Positions 13,080-24,700 of a stretch of 64,000 bases of DNA are shown piece by piece. Location of the stretch: NCBI GenBank assembly GCA_050084515.1, contig CM114271.1, positions 17,422,001 to 17,486,000 on the forward strand, read 5' to 3'. Position numbers and translations under genes: made by a program. A model generated the notes under the pieces. The model was not told where the DNA came from and ran no database searches. It saw only the letters and a list, made by a program, of their open reading frames with translations. Position 1 is the stretch's first letter, and each line of letters starts with the position of its first letter. Source of the DNA: Blasia pusilla (lineage: Eukaryota).

Positions 13080-15790
13080 TCGGATCGAGTTAGATAGTGA
13101 TACTCCTATCTTTTGACGACCCTACACGTATTTCGACATGGAGCGAGCCTTGATTCAGAGTAGGAGTCGAGACTTGGCTGACGCTGGACTGGTGGAGAGA
13201 TGGCTTGGAGAGTATGCATTTTCCATAGTTGTGCCGGTGAAGAAGGACATGCATGGCCAGTGGACCGATAGGCGGATATGTGGGGATTATCGTCCTATCA
13301 ATCGGCATACGAAAGCCAATCGCTATGATATGCCTACTCCCAAGGAGATCTTTGATGCGGTGGGGCATGCAAGGATCTTCAGTTGTTTGGATCTCCGTGC
13401 TGGCTATCATCAATTGCCCATCCGAGTGGAGGACATGGAGAAGACAACATTTTGGGGGATAGATCCTTTCGGGAAGGATTTTTTATATCAGTGGCGGTTC
13501 TTACCATTTGGGTGAAGAATGCCCCTGCGGGTTTTCAGCGAGTTATGGATAGGATTTTGGCTAGTTTGGATTATGCAAGATGTTACATCAATGACATGTC
13601 ATCTTCAATGCCATGGTTGAGGAGCATAAGAGCCATATGGAGGAGGTGTTTCAACGATTGCAGTTACATGGGCTAAAGTTATATCCAGGCAAGTGCAGGT
13701 TCTTCCATGACCAGATCGAGTACCTTTGACACACCATTTATCCAAGGGGCATTGGGGTTCAGCAGACAAAGGTGGAGGACATAGTACGCATTCCCCGCCC
13801 TACAGATGTGAGTCAATTTTGAGCTTTCATGGGATTGGCGAACTACTACCGACGGTACGTGAAGGGCTTTAGTGCGATTGCAAACCCACTGACTTTGCTG
13901 ACTAGGTTGAACCAGGAGTGGTTTTGGGGAGATGATCAAAAGCGAACATTTCATGAGCTCAAGGATAGGTTGATGTCCTCACCCATTTTGAGGAGACCTA
14001 TGCGTGGTTGTCCGTTCCAGTTACATACGGACTGGAGTATGTTGGAGTTAGGAGTGGTGCTCACTTAGAGAGATGATGAGGGGAAGGAGTTCGTAGTGGC
14101 GTATGTGAGCCGCTTAAACAACATTGCAAAGGCAAAGAACAATTCCTATGAGGGGGAGTGCTTAGCTGTAGTATGGGTAGTGGCCCATTTCAGATATTGT
14201 TTGTTCGAGAAGCCTTTCACGCTCATCATTGATCATCAGCCACTCAGATGGCTGATGGAGTATGACAAGCTTACAGGAAATCTTGCCATATGGTCACTCA
14301 TGTTGCAGGAGTACAATTTTCAGGCTGTCCATGGCCCGGGACATCTGAACCAGGATGCGGACGGGCTAAGCCATAACCCATGCACGAGCCAAAGCAATGC
14401 GACTGGAGCACGGTGGTATGGTGAGAGTGATGAGGAGATGGTGTCGGGCTGGCAAAAATGTGCCTATTTGTGTCTATTGGCTATGTTAGGTCAGCATGAG
14501 GCATCCATTCCATGAGGGAGGTTGGATGGTGAGTCCTCAGATCCAGATGCTAGTGAGGAGTCGACATGGACTAGAGATATCCACGATGATAAGATGGTCT
14601 TGGAGTACCTACACACTGGTGTCTTAGCGAGCACGGTGGATGCTAAAGAGCGAGATCGAGTCCTACAGCGAGCCAAGAGGTTCAAGTGAGAGGGGACGCA
14701 GGTGCTTCGAGTTTGGGAGGATGGACGAGTGCGAATGGTGCCGCATCCTTCGCAGCGAGCACGAGTTGTGAGACATGCTCACAAGAAGTTAGGGCATGTC
14801 GGAGTCAAGCGTACGTATAGCTTGATTCAGATTCAGTATTGGTGGCATGATATGTAGACTGATGTTCTAGTTTGTAGCTAGATGCATTGTATGTGATAGG
14901 GTGCGGGCATTGTTCAATGTCCGACACCACACTTGTATCCCTTATCCATCATGGGGTTAGGGTATCGTTGGAGTTTAGACTTGGCGGGGCCTTTACCATT
15001 GACGGGACGCCATAGTCGGTACATGTTGGTCATAGTGGAGCACTTCTCCAAGTGGACTGAGTTGGTAGCATTGCCGGATAGGTCGAGTGAGGGAGCGGCT
15101 TATGCATTTCTTGATAGAGTGCTTAGTCACTTTGGCGCATCAGCAGACGTATTGACGGACGAGGGTACCGAGTTTAAGGGTGACTTTCACACCTTGTGTG
15201 ATCAGGCACTGATAGATCATTGTACGACTTCTTGAGATCATCCAGAGGCAGATGGTTTGGCAGAGAGTGTTGTGCAGACGGTGAAGAGAGGATTGCGCAA
15301 GTATGGACTGCAGAGAGGAAACTTGGGAGATTGGGACCTACAGTTGCCGTGGTTGGCGATGGATTGCCGCTTCAGTCGGAAGGCATCCTTGGCATCATTT
15401 TCACCCTATTTCTTGTTCTATGGGAGAGAGCCAGAGCTACCGTTGTCGATTCAACGAGATGTGGTTGAGGTACTTGACCTCGACGATCCATACGTATGGA
15501 TGCGAGCATGTTCTCAGCGGGCTAAGCTCTTTGAGAGAGTCATGCCTATGGCGTTTGAGAACCAGGCTTTCACTCACCATCGCGATACTCTGAGGTACGC
15601 GACTATGCGTGGAGGAGGCTATTGACCAGGGATTCGGAGATTCCATCCTAGCGATTATGTCTACCTACAACAGACAGCGCCGACGACATTGGACGTGACG
15701 GCGCGACGTACTATTCTGTGAGTATGAGAGATTTTACCTTCAAGAGTCCTTGTTTTAGAGGGTCGTGATAGTACCGTTTGGAAAAATCAT
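13080..15790 (+). pseudogene. Ty3/gypsy pol (RT, RNase H, integrase), frameshifted and with stops
   Basis: RT: RICGDYRPIN, CLDLRAGYHQ, FLPFG-KNAPA, CYIND. RNase H: FQLHTDWS, SYEGECLAVVW, IDHQPLRWL. Integrase: H-x4-H...CIVC, WSLDLAGP, VLTDEGTEF, HPEADGLAE. Confidence 0.95.
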
Positions 15791-16015
15791 ATGCGTAACT
15801 GTGCGCCATGTCATCTTCTGAACATGGATGGGAGGATTGATCCGAGCTTGGTAGTTGTTCATGCAGGCTTGAGATGCATGTTGTGTGGGTCTGCCAGAGG
15901 CGCAACCACGATGCTAGTTTGTGATGAGTGTTCTCAAGGATGGCATATGTTGTGTTTGGCGCCGCCCCTTGACTTGGTTTCTCATGGACGTTGGCTTTGT
16001 CCCAGATGTACATAG
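15791..16015 (+). pseudogene. PHD finger at integrase C-terminus
   Basis: CMLC...MLVCDECSQGWHMLCLAPPL...GRWLCPRC is an intact C4-H-C3 PHD with the conserved W. Confidence 0.92.
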
Positions 16016-16191
16016 GTGTGATAGGTAGATACAAGATTACTCTTGATGTTATGGATTGCAGGAAGGTGACTAACGATGGGGCGACATAGTACCTGACCTC
16101 CTGATCTTAGCATCGAAAAGGTGCATAGCATTTAGACTTGTTTTGTAGGCTATATGGAGTTAGAGGGACGTAACCACCAACTAGGGGGACG

Positions 16192-16309
16192 ATTGGGATT
16201 GTCCAGTAGTTCATGTGTAGAGATGTTAGGATTCATAGCTAGATGGATCTTAGACATGTGTGTGCATGACAGCCGATGTATGTTGACAACGATGTATATT
16301 CGTACGACA
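16192..16309 (+). repeat. 118-bp extra copy of the LTR 3' end placed immediately upstream of the 3' LTR
   Basis: 16192-16309 versus 16937-17054: same length, 9 mismatches by eye, no indels. Preceded by AACCACCAACTAGGGGGA (16172-16189) and followed by AC and the LTR start TATCATGG (16312). Confidence 0.95.
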
Positions 16310-16311
16310 AC

Positions 16312-17054
16312 TATCATGGTAGATGAGGCGTAGGGTGAGATAGTATCGAGGCCTTAGAGGGGTCTTGTACTTCCCTATTTTGAGAGATCATATGTGACCT
16401 GCTCTTAGGAAGTGATCTACTAGTGTAGGTCACCCTTCCCTTTATGAGGAGTGGCAACCTTGGAGAGGTTGACCTTCCTAGCCATGTGTGGCTCCACTTG
16501 GACCTATAGGGTTATGAGTTAGTTGGTAGTTGGTCTCATGAGGGGACCACATGTTTTGTTGTTAGGGAGCTAGTATGGATGTACTACAAGTTGATAGTGA
16601 CGTACTAGGAGGGAGGTGACATGTGTGTACAGGTCACCCATAGAGATGCCCAGGTGGGTATACCTCGAATGAGTCTCATTTGGAGCTCATCTCCTTAGGA
16701 TTGCAGACCCTTGGTAGGATCCGTGATACAATACGACGTGTATGTATTGAGCTTGGATTCTCTCTTGAAGAGTGGGCTAGGAATGATCAATAAGGAGATC
16801 ACACATTTTGGGAATCCTTGTGTATACTTTCTCTTATTGTCACACGAGTGCGTATCAGAATCATGAGTATGGCTGTTGGATGAAGTACGGTCGATTGAAT
16901 ATTTCATTAGAGTTTACAGTTCGTATTCAACTTTATATTGGGATTGTCCAGTCGTTCATGTGTAGAAATATTAGGATTCATAGCTAGATGGATCTTAGAC
17001 ATGTGTGTGCATGACAACTGATGTATGTTGGCATCGATGTGTATTCGCACGACA
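16312..17054 (+). mobile_element. 3' LTR of the DNMT/PHD gypsy element
   Basis: TATCAT...ACGACA termini (decayed TGTCA...TGACA). The terminal ~35 nt resemble the solo-LTR end at 5486-5522. Confidence 0.85.
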
Positions 17055-20000
17055 TCGACTTCAAACACCAATTGGAGCTGAAGATGATAATCAAGTACTT
17101 CGATTTGGTCGACTTCCTCAAGAATATATGGTTGACATTTATGCCACTATCGAGATGCAGCGTTTATGTTTGATTGCGTGAATCAAAATGAGTTAAGAGT
17201 TGAATTATATCAAGGTGTAAAGGATGCCATACATCAACATGATAGTGATAGCACAAAATTTGGGAGGCGTATTGTATTAACCTCTTCTTTATTGGAGGTC
17301 CATGTCATATGCATCAACTATATCAAGACTATCGTGCGCATAAATATCGCTACACAACATACATCGCTGGTCTCATCTACACTACACAACACCGATCTTT
17401 CCCACACAAGTACAAAAATCAACTCATACATATACATGGAGATCACACAACAAAAATAAAGAGTAGTAAAAATGGCACACCCGGCCTAAGACTCCACTCC
17501 TCAATCTACATCGGCATATCGAGCCTCGTCCACCCTATGCTATCAAGGAATCCGGACGCTAGCACCCTAGTCCTATCTCACACACATACAAGGGAGGTGC
17601 TCCAACGGCCCAACATGAGAAAGATGGCTTAGGAAAGCCATCTTCCTCTCTTATACAGGGTTGGGAAGAGCCAAAAGGCTCTTCCCATAAAAATAGCCCT
17701 CCCCGTAAAAATAGCCATCCCCTTCGTAACCTGCGCGCACAGGTTACCAGGGGCGGGTGACTTGGTCAACAAGTCACCCAACTGTAAAAGACCTCAACAT
17801 GAAAGTTGTCAGAAACGACGTTCCTGACATAATGGACCTATCCTCAACCACATCCGACACTGTGGGACAAAGTTACACTCAAGATAGTCCGCTGGCTCCT
17901 ACGCCCTATCCACGATAGATCTCGGCCTATCGGCTACTCAGATGTGACAAGACGCAATGGCCATCGTGAGACACTTGGGAAACTCCGATTACTTTTTAAC
18001 CATGACATGCAACCCTAAGTGGGAGGAGATTACAACAACATTGTTACCTGGTCAAACTACGGCAGACCGACCGGATTTAGTTGTAAGAGTTTTTCAAAAG
18101 AAGAAGAGGGAGTTATTACAACTTATCATCAAGAAGCATATATTAGGCCGAGTTGTTGGATGCATTCATGTTGTGGAATTCCAAAAGAGAGGTCTTCCAC
18201 ATGCCCATATTTTGATAATTCTGGCTCATGGGGATAAACCACAAACTACTTATGATTATGGTACTATAATATCAGCTTTTTTTTATACATAAATATATCT
18301 TTGCGTGGTTGATCTTCTCTATTGCTTTTTTTTTCTAGATTAAAATATAAAAAATTTATATACTTACTTATTCTTTGCAATATCTCTTTTTTTAGGGTGG
18401 ATGATGGGAAGAAGGTCATAAAGCGTGAACACTCTCTCGAAAATCAATGGGTGGTGCCCTACAATCCTCTAGTGTGTACATTATTTGACTGTCACATTAA
18501 TTTGGAGATCACAAACAATATTTTGGCTGTTAAATATCTCTACAAATATGTACATAAGGGATCTGATGTTGTATCATTTAAGGAGTCCAAAGAAGGAAAT
18601 AATTCTACCAACATAGAGACAATTGATGAGACATCATTGTATCTTGATGCAAGGTAAGCATTTCCTGACTTCATTGTTTTATTTTATTTCCATGTCCTTC
18701 TACTCATTGATAGTTTCAACATTTCATGTATGTAACCATCATTTTCTCATCCCATATATAGATATATATTTTCTTCAGAGGCGTTTTGGAGACTTTTCAA
18801 ATTCAATCTTCATGTAGAACATCCGAGTATTATGAGATTGGTTGTTCATTTATCGGAGGCACACATAGTTTACTTCAACGATAATGATGCTCCAAAAAAT
18901 ATTCTGCAAAATAACAGAGAGACAACCCTGGCACAATGGTTTGAAACAAATTCGCTAGATCCCATTGCTTGAAAGTATTTGTATCTTGAATTTCCTTCCT
19001 ACTATCGTTGGAGTAATAAGAGATGGTTTTGCAGGGTACCAAAAAAAACTATTGCGATCTTCCTCTTGGTCGCTTATACCTTACCCATCTAGGTAAGAAG
19101 TTCTTGCAACCTCATCTTACTTTCATATGCTATTTCCTACCTTACTTAATATCTCAAATAATTCTATCCACACATTCAATAGAGGAATTATAACCTTTAA
19201 CCTATCTTGGACTTCCATGTAGGTGAAGGAGAACGCCATTGGTTGAGATTGCATCTTCATCATGTTCGAGGGGCAACTACATACGAATTTTTTAGAACAG
19301 TGGATGGAGTGTTGTACCCAACATTTAAGGACGTTGTCATTCAATTGGGACTTCTTGAGGATGATAGGGAAGCATTCTTTTGCTTAAAAGAAGCTAAAGA
19401 GATCCGTAAAGGCTCCTCACTTCGTGGACTCTTTGCCATCATTTTGGCTTATAACACACCTACTTGTCCTGCAATACTTTGGAGTCAATTTTTGGTTCAA
19501 CTCATTAAAGATCTTATATATGAATGACGTGAGGTAATTATTTTTCTTCTTTAATTTTAAGGTCTAAATGCTGATATTACCTTGGACTTATTACATGTTA
19601 TGCACATTCCATTGCAGAAAATTGGAATTGCTAATCTCCCCCCTGATGCTTCTATCATTAATCAGGCTTTATTGGAAGTGCATTATTATCTCCAAGATCA
19701 AGGAAAGTCCTTGTAAGATTTCCCAGACATGCCCCAAGCTAACTTTCAAATAATTCAATCACGCTCATATCTAGATGAAGAAAAGTTATTATATGATCAA
19801 GAATAACTACTTGAGCGCGTGGAATTATGAGAATCAAGTTTGAATGAAGGGCAACGTGCTATTTAGGATGCTATACATATTCAACTTCATGATATCTCTA
19901 CGGATGCTCCATCATGTGCCAAATGTTTTTTCATTGATGGCCCAGGAGGAAGAGGAAAGAAGTTCCTATATAATCTTCTTCTTGCAAGCGGTAGAAGAAG

Positions 20001-21298
20001 TGGAGGTATAGCTTTGGCTGTCGCATCATATGGGATAGCTGCCCTTTTATTAGATGGAGGACGCACTGCACATTCACGCTTCAAGATTCCTCTAACTCTT
20101 GATGAATCCTCTACTTCATCGTCATGCATTTGAGGCAGTGAATCGTACCTTACAAGATATTATGGGAGTTTTCTCTAATGACTTGAGGCATATACCATTT
20201 GGTGGAAACTCATAATTTTTGGTGGCAATTTTTGCCAAGTCCTATCCGTTGTACGTCATGGAGATTCCCCAAAAATTGTCCAAGCCACTTTAAAGAGATC
20301 AATTTTATGGCCTCATGTGAATGTCATGAAGTTAAGTACAAATATGAGAGTTCAAAGGTTGGAAGGTCATGAATGTGCTCACCAACAAGCTTTTGCTGAT
20401 TGGTTAGTGGAGGTGGGAGAGGATGATGTACCTTTGCGAAGTGACTTGGGAGATAATTTTATTCAATTGCCACATGATATGGTCTACCATAGTATTAAGA
20501 TAAGTGATCTTATTGATATTAGAATGGAAACGATCCTCAATCATTTCATGACATCAATTTTTTGGGAGATACAGCTATTTTGGCACCAAGAAATAGAGAT
20601 GTCGATGAGATAAATACAGAAGTCATGTCTCGATTCCACGGACAGGTAAAGATACAATACTATTCCGGTAAATATGTTTTGTGATTCTTATTAATGACTA
20701 TCTTCATTCCAATATCTAATATATGTATGTAAGTTATGTACAAGGATGTACTTACCTAAGTGTTGACTTCGTTCCAAATTAGAGGATGAGTCATATCTAT
20801 CCGACAAAATTCTTGAATACATGCTTACCTTACGGACTACCACCATATTCTTTGTCATTGAAAATAGGTGCACCGATCATGCTTCTACGAAACATGAATG
20901 GCTCGAGGGGACAAGCAAATGGTACGCGATTAGTCATTCGAGGATTTATGCAACATTTGATAGATGTTGAGATTATTACTGGAAAGAACATTGGAGATCT
21001 CGTTTTCATTCCGCGTATCCCATTGATCGCGTCTGACTCCCATTTACCTTTAGACCTACGTAGACGTCAGTCAATTCCCTATCCGTCGTCCTTTTGCCAT
21101 GACCATTAATAAATCACAAGGTCAAACCCTACATAAAGTTGGAATTTACTTGCCTACTCCTATTTTTTCTCATGGCACGTAGCATTGTTTAGAGTAGGAC
21201 ACATAAGTTCAATCCATGTTACACTTGGAAGTGAAGCACATTCAAGTAAAAAGGTGTATTGTACCCGCAATGTAGTTTACAAAGAAGTTCTAATTTAA
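17055..21298 (+). pseudogene. Helitron Rep-helicase (HUH endonuclease plus Pif1-like helicase), intron-containing, decayed
   Basis: Rep: YQD|AMAIVR...FLTMTCNPKW, VVEFQKRGLPHAHILI, KYLYKYVHKG. Helicase: FIDGPGGRGK, GGRTAHSRFKIPL, PFGG, LKIGAPIMLLRN...[32 protein letters not shown] introns at ~18655, 19093, 19534 and 20646. Confidence 0.95.
17330..17949 (-). mobile_element. Solo LTR inserted in the Helitron Rep coding sequence
   Basis: Inverted copy of 4904-5522 with 4-bp TSD AGAC (17326-17329 / 17950-17953). Removing it restores TAT CAA GAC GCA ATG GCC (YQDAMA). Confidence 0.95.
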
Positions 21299-21720
21299 TA
21301 TAAGAATTCGTAATAATTTTTTTTCCATGGAATAAATTTTACCCTTAATGGCATCTTACTAGTAATAATAAAGGGAAAAGTAGAGGAAAAAACAAATTAC
21401 AAGATTCCTTTCTAGTACGAGAAACCTGCCAAAAGAGAATCCGTTCAGTTTCCGTAGGTGCGCAATGCTCATGGGGAGGGTGAATCTCGGAGCGGGTGCA
21501 ACCGGTGCTCGCATTGAGGCGGAACAGAGAGCGGGCTAGAAACTTGCGTTCCGACCCGTCCCGTCCGGTCCTGTTCTGGAGAAGAAACGAAGCGGAGGGA
21601 GGAAGGAAGGAAGGAAATTGGTGATCGCTGCTGCTGGGAGGCGACGAGGAGGAGGAGGGGAGAACGATCGCGAGGGGCGGAAGTCGTCTCGTTGCTTCGG
21701 ACCAGGACTGCTGATAATCT

Positions 21721-24700
21721 ATGGCACGCAAAGCTTCGCACGCCGGGTCTTGGTACACTGAGAACGGTATTTTCTTTGGCCGATGGATGACAAATTTGAG
21801 GCTCGGAATCGGAATTTTCTTGGCGATTGTCGTTTCAGGTTATGTGAGGGGATGCTGATTGTAATTCGGCGCTGCGAGGAGGATGATGGATGGGAGGACG
21901 TTGGTCTTGGTCGTGGACTTCGTTGTGTGAGGAGTGGGGGTGTCTTTGGCGTCCGGAGATCTAGTGTGGCATTGAGATCTTTCAGTTGCATCGTCTGAGC
22001 GAGGGAAAAATGGAGTTTAGGACTTGCTGGGAAAATTCTCTGGTGTGGGAAGGATGACGAGTGAGATAGTTTTAAGTGAGGTGCGAGTCTTCTTCCCATA
22101 CTTTTTCGTAGCGGTTCTTGTGTGCGGGTTGAGGGAGAGCAGATCCCTGTAGCTGCGTCCTCATGTACTATAACCGGAGAGCTCCTTGGAATGCGAAGTC
22201 GAGGTAACCTCCTACACTATTCGGTGGTGGAGACAACGAGAGTGGGAAAGTAGCTTCCAAATACATGATAGGAGAAGCGGTGGTCAATCCGGTCAGGCTT
22301 GCACCATAAGGGTCTGCTCGACTCACCTCCTGGACTACAATAATCAGGACTCGTCGCCTATCTTCATGGTCTTTCAATTCTGAAGGTTTTCGTTAGTGCC
22401 AATTTTGAAGGTTTTGTCGCCCAAGTTAGAAGGTAGTAACTTTCTCAACTGACACCAGCCACGATTCAGCCCTTTGTAGACGCTAATTCTTGACGCTTCC
22501 CTGGTCATGAACAGCGCGGGAGCTGACAGACGAGCTTGACAGATGGCTCGGAGCTTCTGGCTTAGCTAAGCGCCCAAACGCGCGAGCTGTGATTGCTCCG
22601 TAGGTTCTTTTATTCCTTTTCTTTCACATTTTGAGAGATTCTTTTGTTTGCTTAGTTTCAAAGTCAGCCAAGCTTTGACCTGGGTTCAACGAAAGTGTCT
22701 CACGGTTGATCTATTGATGTTTCATTCAAAGGGATTTGTTCCATGATAGTCGTAATAGTACCAGAACCGACGTGTTTGTGAATGTGAGCAGTAGTCCTTG
22801 GAATGATTGCAGACATGCAGGTTATCGGTACTCAGGACGCTGTGCAGCATTTGCTTTTGCAAATATTGATCCACAGATCATGTGAGGCATTACCATCCCT
22901 ACAGACATAAAATATTCACTCGTATTTGATTTCATACCTGGATTTGCTTGGTATTCTTCCTGCAACCTCTTCCTCGCTAAATTCGAGTGTCTGGGAAAGT
23001 TGAAGTCCCGTTGGTGAGCTAGCCTTGTAAGTTAGTAATAGGTTCATGTCTTCTGTTTAAATGTCAGAGTGCACCAGGTTCGTGCATCATACATGAAGAT
23101 TAATCATTTGTGTCCCTGTTTGGATGGGGTGAGGGGCCAACAGATCACGAGTCTTTCTTCTTGGGCCTTCCCATCATTACTTCACCCGCAAGTGTGCCCT
23201 GTCCAGGGCGACTGTATACAAAACTCCTCTTGGTGATCTACCTATCGATCTTGAAAGTGAGCATCATGGAAGCACTGGAGCACAACATTTCCAAGACCAT
23301 GTGATCTCATCTTGCTATATCATTGTATTTGCTGATGTTGATTAAGCTAGTTTCTCTTTGTTGCCCAAATACATGATTTGCTGCTGGTTGAGAATAACCT
23401 CTTATTTAATGCGGCTTCACTAGCCACACAGGGATTATTTTAATCAGTTGTTGTGGTTGGGAGTGTTTCTTTCATGAAGGCCAAATTCTTTTGTGCTCTG
23501 CTTTTACGGTGGTTCTTGTTGTGAGCAATTCCAGGGTTTTGTTCAAGCTTGACTAGTTTTTTTTCAGTGCCATGGTTTCTTTCCTTCTTGGAGCTGAAGT
23601 GCTTTCCATTCTACTGTTTCTTATCAAGTAGTGCGGTCACCTCATGTTTTGATCAGTTGGTAATTATTTGAAAAACAGAGTAGATGCATAGGGATCTGAC
23701 TGGTAGGGTGGGAGATGGAGGGAAACAATTTAACTTATCATTTTATACTAGGTTTCAGATCTCTTGAAATGACATATTGAGGTATTCTGTCGTTTTATTA
23801 GCTGACATTTTGGGAGCTATCAACAAGCTGTAGAGGAGGGATCTTTTACAGGTAGGCTGGGTACAAAGACGAGTGTGGATTCCAAGGGCAAGTGCGGCAG
23901 AAGTGTTGCAACATGCCAAGACCAACTTCTAAAACCAAAAGGAGAAGCTTGAGATTTATAATACTAGTTCAGATTTGTGAACCGCTAGATTAATGTTTAT
24001 GTTGCCCTCATCAATCACCTCTGATGTAGTTGGTTGGATGTATCTAACCAATTTCTCCAGTCTGCATCTAAGCTGTCTTTACATTTCAAATATTCTGAAA
24101 CCCTGCAGTAGTGAGCACCGTTCTGTGGGTGAACCTCATTGCTTTAGTTTTGATGGATGAGGGGTGCCACTGCAGCTTATCAAGAACTGAAGGCAACAGG
24201 GAGATTTGAAGAAATGGACATGAACGTGGATGAGGCAGAACACAGCATGGAGATGCACTTACCTTACATAGCTAAGGTTTTTGATGGGTATGCTCGGTAA
24301 ATCAATCCTCATGGATCAGAATATTGTGATTGGAACTGCTGTACTTACAGGAAAAATCTGCCACTATAGAGTTAGTTTATTTTATGCAAAATCGTCCAGC
24401 AGTCTACTTAGCTCTTGGAAACATCCTGATCAAGATGGTACATCATTACTTGAGATATATAAGTTAGCTTAGCTGTATAAGTTTTGAAATTTTCCTGGGT
24501 GTACAGATGCCCAGTAAAGCTTGTTCCAATTTTAGTTGGAGCACTGTCATCAGAAAGTGAAGTAGCATATGGACGATTGCTGGCCAAATACATTGATGAT
24601 CCGGCAAATTTTTTCTGTGTTTCTTCTGACTTTTGCCATTGGGGCTCACGGTATGCAACCCTAGAGACTCTGATAACCTTGAGTGATCAATCTTTCTTTA

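Larger units (their letters stand above)
12376..17054 (+). mobile_element. 5'-truncated Ty3/gypsy LTR retrotransposon: DNMT - RT - RNase H - integrase - PHD - 3' LTR
   Basis: Ordered decayed domains (see sub-features). The 3' LTR 16312-17054 ends CACGACA and abuts Helitron Rep sequence. The 5' LTR, gag and protease are missing. Confidence 0.93.
8284..21362 (+). mobile_element. Large decayed autonomous-type Helitron with nested insertions
   Basis: Rep-helicase remnants at 17055-21298 and CTAG|T 3' terminus at 21359-21362, ~60 bp after the helicase stop. The putative 5' end TATATACAATTATTGGAGA at 8284 resembles the 5' ends of the mini-Helitrons at 36316 and 47689; this boundary is tentative. 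Confidence 0.7.

Noticed and set aside
16192-17054. Interpretation as a DIRS/Ngaro tyrosine-recombinase element because of the B-A-B repeats
   Set aside because: The element encodes a DDE integrase, no tyrosine recombinase is visible, and related LTRs have 4-bp TSDs.
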